Positions 1 through 10,792 of a stretch of 23,232 nt of DNA are shown piece by piece. Each line of letters opens with the position of its first letter. Position 1 is the stretch's first letter. Source of the DNA: Ginkgo biloba (taxonomy: Eukaryota > Plantae > Ginkgophyta). The stretch lies in assembly GCA_024626585.2 (NCBI GenBank), contig JANKJI020000002.1, positions 74,587,823-74,611,054 of the forward strand, given 5' to 3'. The notes below the pieces were generated by a model. It was given only the letters and a program-made list of their open reading frames with translations. It searched no databases and had not been told where the DNA came from. A program made the translations under genes and the position numbers.

Positions 1-491
1 AATCATCATCACATTTATACACATATAACACTGTACAAAGATATGTGGAAAAACATCCAAGTCATTCTATTAATGAACATATACCAATATATAGATATAT
101 CATCTTATATTACAATCATATCTCATTCTGTAGATCTCTACTAAGTCATCTTGACCTATTTCATCTATATATACAAGGTGTAGATGGTTACATAACTTTC
201 ACAAAATTTATAATATATAGTCAGGTCGGTGAATTATGTCAGCATCTTATGTTAGTGTCAGTGGATTGTATATGGAGTCTTCTCTCAACATAAGTCAGAG
301 ATCCGACTCATATTGGTGTATGCCTTATGTTGGTGAGTGTTATGTCAATGTTGACTCACTTCCTTCTAACGCCTCATTGGTGTTCAAGCTTCATTGCTAG
401 CATCCAGTCTCTTGTCAGCATTTATCTGTGAACCTCTCTCATTGGCATCAATCTAAGATTTATTTGACTTATGTCAAATTTTCGTCCAACA
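1..491 (-). mobile_element. 3' LTR (partial) of LTR-retrotransposon family X, copy A
   Basis: Minus strand reads GGGGGAG|TGTTGGACG (PPT followed by TG LTR start at 491). LTR sequence matches 12197-12380, e.g. caccaacataaggcatacaccaatatgagtc vs caccaataaaggcctacaccaacatgagtc. Confidence 0.8.
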
Positions 492-498
492 CTCCCCC
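492..498 (-). promoter_or_regulatory. Polypurine tract (PPT) of copy A
   Basis: ctccccc on + = GGGGGAG directly abutting TGTTG. Confidence 0.8.
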
Positions 499-563
499 AT
501 GCCTAAAGCATTGTCTCATCCTGAGACAAGGTCAAAAATGCCAAAATTAGATTCATGTCATCC

Positions 564-1187
564 TTATGGAGACACCATCTTCACAGTGTCGGGTAATGCT
601 AATGACAACTCCATCTGTAGTTGTGACCACTCTTTGGTGATCAAGTGACCAACTATAAGTGATTTTCTACAGTGATAACGATATTTTTATGGAGTCATGC
701 AATGTATCACTTCTATTAAACTCAATGAGGAAGAGCATGTCTAAGAAGGAGATATATAAAATCTTTGTACTTTAGAACTTCAAGTATCTTGACACCATCA
801 ACAAAGTTTAAAGAGAGAGTTCCTTGGACTTGTGTCCTACGCATACATCTTATTTCTCTTTGCTAGAGATAAAATCATCTCGTTAGGAGGGTTGTATATA
901 ACACTCATGATAGGGTGAAGGGATGGATAGAAGAGAAGAACCATGGCTATGGATATGGAAATTCTAGCGATGAAATTGAGAGTAGCCATGGAGGGTTCTT
1001 TGGTTTCTACTATGTTTTGTAGTGACTATTCCAATGAGTTGGTTATGGTGAGTGAAGAAGACTCGATCACATGTAGCGTATAAATTATGACCCAAGTCTA
1101 TCAAGTAGTATGTCAAAACCATGAATAGGTGACAATCCTCTAATTTTGAGAAGAATCAATTGCCAAATCCGATGTATTCACTAGAGG
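564..1187 (-). pseudogene. Degenerate 3' extra ORF of family X, copy A (C-terminal part)
   Basis: Minus translation ends HL*LV-LITKEWSQLQMELSLALPDTVKMVSP* (stop 564-566), homologous to 12024-12125. The upstream extent is not firmly aligned. Confidence 0.65.
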
Positions 1188-1561
1188 NNNNNNNNNNNNN
1201 NNNNNNNAAAATTCAAAATATTTTTATTTTTTAAAGTTTTGAATAAATCAAAATAGATTTAATAATATTTAAAATCTATCCTATTTATATTTTAACTTGT
1301 GGTCATATGAAAAAAGGTGCTTAACCTTATAAAAAGAGATTTACTTATTCTTTAAGCCTTTTAATCTTTATTTTTTCCCTTTTTTTGGTTAGATTTTTTT
1401 GTAAATACCTTGCGGACTTTGAGTTTCAACTGTGAACTCATACTTGCAATGTATTTAGCATNNNNNNNNNNNNNNNNNNNNNNNNNNNNNNNNNNNNNNN
1501 NNNNNNNNNNNNNNNNNNNNNNNNNNNNNNNNNNNNNNNNNNNNNNNNNNNNNNNNNNNNN

Positions 1562-3059
1562 ACCCAGGGAATTTTAGAAGGTTGAATGATACCTTGCTAG
1601 AGCATATCCTAATGTATTGTTGTAAGGTATGAATGTCTTATGGTTATTGACGCTTTATAATAATTTTAAAAGGTGGATGACCACTAGTGCAAATTTGATG
1701 AGATATGGGTGTTGTTACATAAGATGGTACACTAGGAGTGTTAAGCATAGTAGGAAATTGGTCCAGGAAAGAGTGTAGTTCAATAAAATTAGTGGGATAA
1801 GAAACAAAGGTCACAAGGTTAAAGTGGTTAATAGTTTATACTAATGATGAAGGTGATATTTTGGATGAAGACTAAGGGATATATACAGAATGAAGTGGGA
1901 GCTCCAAGGTGTGAGATAAAATGTTATTGGAAGCACCATGAACAAACAACTAGTCACAACCAGGAGTGAGGGGAAAGATTTACTCAGGGAGTAAGATGCA
2001 TTTCATAGATATGATGAAGGTAGAAACTTGAATAGGTAAGATATATTGATATGTAATTGAGCGAGAGTCATTATTGCTAAAACTAAATGACAGGGGTTTC
2101 ATGGAATGAACTAGAAGTGTGAGTTTTAAAAAATAAAGGTAGAATGCATAAAGGTGATAGAACTCATAGTGTCCACCAAAGATATAACTAAATGGCCACA
2201 TCCTACATAGGAATATAAAATACATGATGAGATGAGACACAAGTAGATTGAAGAATGGTCTAGGGCATAAAGAAAGATTGGTTATGCACCCCAAACCACT
2301 TAGTTAGGAATTTCTCAGAAGTGTATCATCAAGGACATTTGCAACTTGGACATTTTGATAAGAATGAGATGGTTCATGATAGTTCTTGGAACTATGACCA
2401 TATTAGCAGTAGTAAATCATAGTGGATGGATATAAGCATCTTGATTGGGATGTTGTCAAGTTAAAGGCATACAAACTTTAGAATTTTAAACTAGTTCAAA
2501 GTCCATAGGGGTTGATATAAATTAGGGAAATGGAAAAATATGTGCAGGTGGAGGAGTAAAAGTTGATGTGGAAGGTTACAATAAACAAACTCAACTCCAC
2601 TCATTGGACAATAGTTAAAGCATTAAAAAGTGTTGTCGGACTTTGATCTCAGATGTGTTGAGCAATAATAGGATTTAAAGTAGATCATAGAAAAAATAGT
2701 TTCATGTTTTTAGACACGACATGATTGGCACAAATGAAAAGTTGAGTAAGATGAATACCAAATTGGGTAACAAATTTATGGGGACCTTTCCTGGGTGAAT
2801 GTAGTGATGTTAAAGTAGATTGCATGGTATCAATATTATCGAATGATTGAAAGATGGAGTGAAATTATCCTTATGAAAAGAAGAGAGGTGAGCATACTAA
2901 GAAGCAAGAAGTAAGGTAAACAACAACTTCGTAACACTTATTCTTACCGAACCAATTATGATATAATGCAACATTATCAAAATGAGCAAGCCAAGAATAA
3001 ATGTCATCGTAAGAGAGAGGCCAGAAAAAGAAGAGGGAGTCACCTATATATATGGAATG

Positions 3060-3099
<40 letters not shown>

Positions 3100-3330
3100 G
3101 GAGTCACCGTCTATCAGTAGCTCTATGAGTCTATGCAAAAGCTGACGAAGAAGATGGTAATAATAATAATAGTAATGGATATGGTTTCCTAATGACATAT
3201 CTGCAAGCATATGGGGAAATCCCAAAGGCAATAATGTGCATGATGAGAAGCAACAACTCTTCTCAAAATACAATGAAGAACAGAAGAAGAGGCAGAGGAG
3301 AAGAAGCAAATACCTAAGCCCATCCAACCA
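1562..3330 (-). mobile_element. Degenerate Ty3/gypsy retrotransposon: gag - CCHC knuckle - aspartic protease - RT N-terminus
   Basis: gag DDIYSWLAHFDNVALYHNW..KCYEVVVYLT (~2910-3010); decayed knuckle YYC*YGHSSKNY (~2380-2420); protease GHLVISLVDTMSSITFMHS (D-T-G-S site, 2162-2173); RT start SHQICTSGHPP...DML*QGIIQPSKIPW (1562-1715). PR directly followed by RT is the gypsy order. Confidence 0.85.
3063..3097. repeat. (AT)n microsatellite, about 17 units
   Basis: Direct reading of the sequence. Confidence 0.97.
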
Positions 3331-4709
3331 TGAAAAGGATGATGATGATGATAAATCAACGTGAAAGGAGGTGAAGGCAGAAGGAAATGCGTAGTGTATC
3401 CAAATAATTGATTAGTATTAATATTAATGCGAATTATACTCACCCAAATCCAAAGCCAGAGGAGAAGCTGCTAGACATGATTCCTCCTCCTCTTGTCAAA
3501 TAGGTGGAGAAAGATAGTAATGTGGAGTTAATTTGGAGATAGTTAATTTAAGGAGAAGTTGTATAATGTTGAAATGGGGTAAGCCTTTAGAATCGTAAAA
3601 TGGCTTAAAATTTTAGGCATGAGAGTCATTCTTCTCATTAAGGTAGGGACTACTATTTTTCTTGCATACATATGGTTTGCTAATTAGTAGTTTTAAATTA
3701 TTTTTTCGTTGGGTTTAATGATTCATGCTTGCTACCACATCACCATATGGTGAGTATGTACCTTGTTCTAAACTCGAGTCTTTTTCATTGTTTTCCTTTT
3801 GCATATAAGTCTCTCTCAAAAAGGAAAAAATTAAAAAAAATAGAGCGAGAGAGCAAGAGAGAAGAAGAAGAAAAGGTGAAATATGTAAGTTAAGCTAAAT
3901 ATTAAATATTATCCATCTCTTCAAAATTGAAAAAAAAAACATGTTAGAAAGATAAGGAAATATATGCACATGTGATTGGATGAGAAATGTCAAAAGAACG
4001 AGGAAAATGTAAAGATAAAAGGATCAAAATAATTCACTATAAAAAAGATCAACAATGGGTTCATCACAACCATACAAGTACTTTGAAGTGGTGAATTATG
4101 CAATTGTAATAATCTAGGTATGTTTATATGGAGTATCTCCCTTTAACAACTCTATTGATTGAGATAAAGTTAATGGGTATAATGCATTATTTCATGTACT
4201 TGGCCATTATGCAAATTACTCCAATAATTACCAAAAGCATTATCTAGAATTTACAAACATTTGAAAGTATACTAAAACTTAAATTAGAATTAAAGCTAAA
4301 AGACACATACTACAAGCATTCATCTCATTAAATATACCAAAGCATTCATGAACCAATATTTCTTAATTCATCAATACACATACAAATTTAGTAGAAACTA
4401 AAGAGATGAGAAACATGCTTAAATTTATTAAGAAAAATCCAGATTACGAGTATGGGAACCTCATAATTTATAATGGCATGACCATGATTATGTCATTATA
4501 ATGTCCCAAAATTTGGGAAAAATAAATTCTACAACTTGACCATGAGGGTGTACACAAGTAGTCTAGATGACTCATGTGGATTAGTAATCTATGAGAGCAA
4601 GGGAACTTNNNNNNNNNNNNNNNNNNNNNNNNNNNNNNNNNNNNNNNNNNNNNNNNNNNNNNNNNNNNNNNNNNNNNNNNNNNNNNNNNNNNNNNNNNNN
4701 NNNNNNNNT

Positions 4710-5703
4710 CCAAAGTACCTCTTCAATTGTAGAAAACTCATATTTCTCTTTCTAGAAGATAACCTACTTAAAGGGACTATGCCAATAGAGGTGGGTAAGT
4801 TACTCCTACTTGAAAGGCTCTACTTTCATAATAATTAGCTTATTAGTGCTAATGTTTCCACCTTGACCTTTCTTTTAGCTCTAACCAATTGCTCTTTCCT
4901 ACAAGTAATAACCTTAGATGAGAATAAATTCAATGACATTTTATCCCTTTCTATGGGCCATCTTTCTAATAAACTTACTATCTTGTCTTTGGGAAACAAT
5001 AATGTTGGAGGAAACATTCCTCCACATATTGAGAATCTAACCATCTTAACGTACCTACATTTAGATGGCAATCTATTCTGTGGGAGCATTCCACCCTAGT
5101 TTAAAAAGATTTTAATGTTGGAAAGATTGATGATCCATAATAATAGTCTAGAAGGAAACATCCTAAAGGAGATTGGGCAGATGAAAAGTCTTAGTTACTT
5201 ATCTCTTAGTCATAACATGCTTTCTAAAAAACTTCATGATTCTCTTTTCCATCCTCAACATCTAAGAAGTCTTTATCTTCATAACAAGCAATTTGTAGGA
5301 AACATTAATGTTAGTCTGGGAAAATGTAAGAATTTAAAATCACTATATCTATCTCATAATAGATTTAATGGAAGCATACCATCAAGAGTAATTATTTTTT
5401 CAAATCTATAATTCTTTTTTAACATTTTATAAAATTTTCTTTAAGGTCCCTTACCTCCAAAGATCAACAAAATGATAATGCTTCAAGCCATTGGTATTTC
5501 TAGTAATCGGTTGATTGGTCAAGTTCCATCCTTGCTTGGAAGTTTCTCATAATTATCATATTTCAATATCTCTGGGAACAAATTGTACGGTCCAATTCCA
5601 TCTTCACTTAGAACATTACAAAGTATTATGGACATGGATCTCCCTTGTAATAACTTGTCAGGTATTATACTAGAGTCCTTGGGAAAACTCAAAATGATTC
5701 ATA
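4710..5703 (+). pseudogene. LRR receptor-like kinase (subfamily XII, EFR/Xa21/FLS2-like) ectodomain pseudogene
   Basis: One reading frame with about 13 plant LRRs (LxxLxLxxNxLxGxIP) and the XII-type island FLLALTNCSFLQVITLDENKF...SMGHLSNKL. In-frame stops at 4836, 5097, 5409, 5430, 5442, 5550. 5' part is in an N gap; no transmembrane or kinase domain follows. Confidence 0.92.
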
Positions 5704-5748
5704 ATTTATTAAAAATATTAAACGTTTTTATCACTAATAATTACTTGA

Positions 5749-5790
5749 AACAAAGATGAAAGTAACTCGCAACAAAGATGAAAGTAACTC
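5749..5790 (+). repeat. Tandem duplication, 2 x aacaaagatgaaagtaactc (22-bp period)
   Basis: Identical 20-mers at 5749-5768 and 5771-5790. Confidence 0.9.
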
Positions 5791-5938
5791 AATGGAAACT
5801 TATGTAAGTTTCTGTCAACTAACAGAAAACTCCCAGGATATAACTAAGTTTTTATCAATTGATGAAAACTACCTACACATTCATTACAAGTAGTAGGTTG
5901 AAAATTTCTTTGCCTACACTAGGCCATCGTCTACCTAC

Positions 5939-6335
5939 AGTTGAGATGCAAGTGACCACACATTCATCAATCAAACATCCACTATCATCTGGGATGAAAG
6001 TAATCACCTTCTACAACTCAATGCCTATTTACAGTGGGATGCAATTATTAACACTACATTACACACACAATGAACAAAAGATCAACAACAAGAATCACAA
6101 CACACACACATAGAGAGTGGACAGAATTAGCCTTTCATTCCAAAAAACCCCATTATTTCCTTCATACATTATAATATATATATACAACATAAGGCATAAT
6201 GACCTATGTGATGATAGTTACTAAATTCAACCATCTAGGTATTGAATCATTTCATTTGCACCTACATCTAAATCATTTCACATGCATGTAGTTGTATTGT
6301 TCCATGTACACTCACAAACTGCATTACTTACAACA
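5939..6335 (-). mobile_element. 3' LTR of Ty1/copia element
   Basis: Minus strand TAAGTGGGAG|TGTTG at 6345-6331; TATA-rich core ~6170-6185. The left boundary (agttgag, presumed decayed TGTTG) is approximate. Confidence 0.65.
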
Positions 6336-6345
6336 CTCCCACTTA
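6336..6345 (-). promoter_or_regulatory. PPT of copia element
   Basis: TAAGTGGGAG immediately before TG, downstream of RNase H. Confidence 0.75.
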
Positions 6346-6504
6346 GTGAAGAGTTTACATGCCCAAATTCTCACTTTCAACCTCTATGCACGTTCTTTTT
6401 CACTTATAACCTATACACAAGTAACTTCTCACTTACTTGCATGATATACAAGTGACTTACTTGCAAATTGTATGCAAGTGAAATTTAAATCATGTATTGG
6501 AATT

Positions 6505-7147
6505 CAACAGAATTCATCCTGAAGCCTCGCCTACAAAATTTAAAATTATCCCTTACAAGAGGCTTCGTCATTGCATCAACAACCATCTTCCTAGTTTCAC
6601 ACAATTCCATCTACAAAATTATTTTCCCATCCTATTCCCAAAAAAATTAATATTGCAACTCAATATGCTTTGTCCTAGCATTGAATTTTGGATTCTTCAC
6701 CATTACAATGTATCTTTGACTATTGGATTTTATTATTGGGAAATTTAGTTGATGCACACCAATACTCTCTAACAATATCCTCAACCAGATCATCTCCTTA
6801 GTCGCATAACATGAAGAGACATATTCAGCCTCAGCAGTGGACAATGAAATAGTTGGCTGCCTTTTGCTTGCCCATGAAACTGTCCCTCCAGCCAGTTTGA
6901 AGCAATATCCAAATGTTGATGTACGATCATCCACATCCCCTGCCCAATCTACATCACAATATCCAACTAGCTTCAATGCATTCTTTAAGCTTCCATTGAA
7001 TGTAATACTCATGTCCATGGTACCACGGAGATATCTGAAGATCCTCTTCATTGCACCCCTATACTGCAATCACGAATTACATGAGTACTAACTCATTTGA
7101 TGGACAACGTAAGCTATATCTGGTCTGGTACACAACATAGCATACAT
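6505..7147 (-). mobile_element. Ty1/copia pol C-terminus (RT end + RNase H), pseudogenised
   Basis: MYAMLCTRPDIAY, KRIFRYLRGT, GYCDVDWAGDVDDRTSTFGY, SWASKRQPTISLSTAEAEY, RTKHIELQY, MVVDAMTKPL; stops on both sides of the 140-aa ORF. Confidence 0.97.
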
Positions 7148-8124
7148 NNNNACTGATGAGCCGACATCAGGAACAACCCAACATCACCTTAAATATACAA
7201 GGAGGGATGAGGAAGATGTCTCACATTCATTATCATTATTGCTCTGCGTTGGGTTTCTACTTCTCTATGTCTTGCTAACTTGTTGCCACTCTTAGAAGTC
7301 ACAATTTTTAGCCTATTGCTATCTTAAGCTAGGCCGAAGGCCTTTTTCTGCTTTCTACCAACTTTTTGGAGACTTATTGAAGGGTGAAAGACCCCTTATT
7401 TTTCTATAGTCGAAGGAACCATCATTGGAGGATTGTTGGCATCATTTGGAGTTGTTTTAAGGCCCAACAAAGTTATAGAAGGGAGTCGTCGCAACTTGGG
7501 ATCTATCTGGATGAACCTTATACCTGTGTTGCATCCAAAATTACACTACACTGCGTTACACTTGGATTAAGGTCATTGAATTGTAGGAGCTACAGAAAGT
7601 GACATTTTTGCTAGGTAAGACTCCTACAACCTTTAGAAAGGTCAGATCATGAGGGTGAGAACCCTTGAAAGGTATGAATCATTTTGTCTCATTTATGTTA
7701 TCTTATGCACTGTAGTTATATTTCTGATTGTGTGTGGTCTAAATCTTTGGAATGACTATTAAGCATTCATAAGGACATGGGAATCCTAGAATACCATATT
7801 TTGACCCCTTTTGTTATGAGGCACCCTATTGAAGGGATTATATATGTATTTATGATAGNNNNNNNNNNNNNNNNNNNNNNNNNNNNNNNNNNNNNNNNNN
7901 NNNNNNNNNNNNNNNNNNNNNNNNNNNCCTAGAACTCGCTTGTTGATGGCATACAGATGCATGGCATGAGGATAATTGATATCCTAGCTAGGGATTGTAC
8001 TAGCTTTTCCCTTGTGTGTATGAGAATGGTTTGGACTATATGTCCTAGGGCACAACAACTGGGGAAGGGGCTAACACTTATTAAACTCCATAGATGGTAT
8101 ATTTCTATGGTGTTTGGATCATGT

Positions 8125-8735
8125 GAAAGCCAAGGAGATTTTATAATAATTTCTTAGAGATCTCTATGGTGGCCTTCTTTTAGGGGAGAAGATAACACGT
8201 AAGGCTATGTAGATCAACTTCTATTGGCCCATTATGTATAAGGATGCATATATCTTCACTAAGGTGTATAAAGCATGCTAGTTGAAAGCTAAGTAGTCGA
8301 TTTTACCTAGTATATCCCTATAGCCAATTGTGCCAATAGTTGTATTCATGAAATGGGGGTTGTACTATATAGATTTACCATTTCCCTCATACATTGATTG
8401 ACTATTTAACAAAATAGGTGAAACTCACCCTAATATAAAGGGCCAATGTAGAGACCATGTTCATTTTTATTATAGCTAATATTGTATGCTAGTTTAGAGT
8501 GATGATGAAAGTGTTATCGAATTAAGGTGTGCCCACTTTTAGAATGAGGTGATGTAAGAGATATCCTAACAATTATATATAAAGAACTATTTTTCATTGT
8601 CTAATCATAGTCAAGGCCATGGGGTGGTAGAAATAATTAATGAGACCCTCATTAATATTATTCATAGAATTATGTCTAAAAATAAGAGGGATTGGCATAA
8701 AATTAGGCCTAGTATTGTGGGTATATAGGACTAAG
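8125..8735 (+). mobile_element. Degenerate Ty3/gypsy (Tat/Ogre-like) integrase core
   Basis: AKEIL..LYGG..RKAM*INFYWPIMYKDAY..KAC*; FMKWGL; FIIANIVC*FRV; NHSQGHGVVEIINETLINIIHR..KRDWH / LVLWVYRT, matching the YPQGNGxAExxNKxL...DW...ALWAYRT consensus; many stops and frameshifts. Confidence 0.85.
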
Positions 8736-9074
8736 CTGATGATAGAGCTCATCAATGAAATGATTAGGATACAATTGATGAATGCCANNNNNNNNNNNNN
8801 NNNNNNNNNNNNNNNNNNNNNNNNNNNNNNNNNNNNNNNNNNNNNNNNNNNNNNNNNNNNNNNNNNNNNNNNNNNNNNNNNNNNNNNACTACATGCATAA
8901 CTTCTCACACTGATATGGGACTATAAAAAAAAAACTTTCCTTCCAAAAGGAAGATCCTAATGCACATTATTTCTAGCCAAACCTATAGTTATAAAATTTT
9001 GGATAAAACTAGCATCTTTATCCATTCTTTTCCTAAAGAATATTCATGCACATTAAGGACACAAAATTGACATA

Positions 9075-9420
9075 TTATTGTTGGATGCCAATCAATTCCC
9101 TAATGGCATAAGAAAGGATGACTCCATGGTCAAAGTACCTAGTTCCACTGCCCACTAAGACCCACTAATTCAACATCATCTTTGTTAGGTTTGAAACATA
9201 GTGGAATAATGCCCATACCAACAAAATTGTTGCAATTAATGCACTCAATGCTCTTTGAAATGATAGATTTTACATCCATTAGCATGGGGCCCTTTGTATC
9301 CTAATCACTAGAACTTATACTGCCATATTCAACTCCAACAAGAACTATAGTATCACCAAGCGAATGCTTGCAAATGTTCCTCTAGTCATGACTTCATCAT
9401 TTCTTCGACGACTTCCAAGA
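9075..9420 (-). pseudogene. ACO: Aconitate hydratase C-terminal (swivel domain) fragment, internally deleted, apparently intronless
   Basis: GSRRRNDEVMTRGTFASIRL / [54 protein letters not shown]..GLSG / VEL-YFDHGVILSYAIRELIGIQQ* versus plant ACO [91 protein letters not shown]. Not captured by the ORF track. Confidence 0.93.
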
Positions 9421-9853
9421 TATCCACTCTAAACAGAAGTGGAAGATTATGATGGACAATTCCCATAATCTTGGATAGCAAAAAATCGTCTAGAATAAGA
9501 GGAGAGTTGGCTTTCTCTATAGAATCACGACTAGCGAAGGAGCGTTTTTCATTGTCAGGAGCACCCATTTCAGGGTTCTCTATAGCTGCAAAGTCCTTTA
9601 GCCTCCTCAAATACCTGACATTTTCTTTTGCTCTTTAATTATTTGTTTCATTTCCTTATCACACTTCTGGAATATGAGAGTTGGATGGCATTGGATATAG
9701 CAACTATGTTCATAGTTATCTTCAATAACAAACCCAAGGCCATGGTTGGTATAAACCATACCTATCTTCTAATCCCAAAGAGTTCCAAAGGAACTTCTAG
9801 TAAGAATTTTATATTTACCAGACCAATTAGGTCTCATCACATAAACTCCACTT

Positions 9854-9865
9854 GCTTTGATACCA
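9854..9865 (-). promoter_or_regulatory. Primer-binding site (tRNA-iMet)
   Basis: TGGTATCAAAGC on minus, one mismatch to the canonical TGGTATCAGAGC, directly after the LTR end. Confidence 0.85.
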
Positions 9866-10192
9866 TATTAAACATTGAGAGAGCCCATTTATCTCAAAGC
9901 TTTGGCATGAGCCTCAACTCTAAAATAATAATCACAACATGAGGAATAGGTAAATATTCATACATAAAATAGATATTAATATTTAAATTATCCTTACAAT
10001 ACGAATTTCCTCTATTTATACTTTATAGAGTCTAACTATCTCATAAATAACATTACTACTAACTTTTATAACATTTCCTTTTGATCATGCAATGACTAAT
10101 GTGATAATTAATGTGTGACCACTAACAACATTATTTTTTTTTTTTTTTTGTGAAGACTAATATAACCACTAACAACATTAACTTTTCTAACA
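9866..10192 (-). mobile_element. 5' LTR of an LTR retrotransposon
   Basis: Minus strand begins TGTTAG (10192) and ends TAATA (decayed TAACA) before the PBS; typical LTR TATA box GTATAAATAGAGG at 10009-10021. Confidence 0.75.
10118..10180 (-). mobile_element. Extremely 5'-truncated poly(A) retroposon insertion with 16-bp target-site duplication
   Basis: accactaacaacatta at 10118-10133 and 10165-10180 flanks T16 + gtgaagactaatata. Confidence 0.75.
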
Positions 10193-10792
10193 ATTTTGTG
10201 ATAATTATATCATCTTTGAGGTATTAGGCTTCATATTTGATAGTTTAATTATATTGCATCCTTAACTGATTTTTCTAATCACGAAATAGAGTTTGGAAAT
10301 GTTGTATGCCAACTATGAAATTCCATTATTTTTTCACAGTTGATAACATGGTTAATTCCCAAAGGTTCAGTGCCCAATTTCGGTCTAATTCACAACATTA
10401 AAGGGCAAAAAGCAAAAAAAAAAAAAAAAAACTAACGATGAATTTCAAATTAGAAGGATTTGAATTTTTTGAATTCACAGTATGGTCCTCCTTCATTGTA
10501 CTTGAAAGTTGATCCACTCCTTGTTCTCATGTATTGTTCTTATAATTGAATTTTATATTTGTATTAACTTTCCATATTGAAGTGGCCCTATTTATGAGTC
10601 AATAAGGCTACTTTCCTAGGGAAGAATATCCCATGTAGGTATGTGAATCCTAGAATCTCTAGTTTGCCAAAATATATCTTCATTTTATGCGANNNNNNNN
10701 NNNNNNNNNNNNNNNNNNNNNNNNNNNNNNNNNNNNNNNNNNNNNNNNNNNNNNNNNNNNNNNNNNNNNNNNNNNNNNNNNNNNNNNNNNNN

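Noticed and set aside
630-700. Zinc-knuckle-like YHCRK..GHL on minus strand
   Set aside because: Arises by crossing a 1-nt frameshift; the homologous copy B supports a different frame without Cys.
6497-7091. Plus-strand ORFs of 83 and 84 aa
   Set aside because: Antisense shadows of copia RNase H.
7152-7858. Possible LTR of another element
   Set aside because: LTR-like composition but no PBS, PPT or partner LTR could be tied to it.
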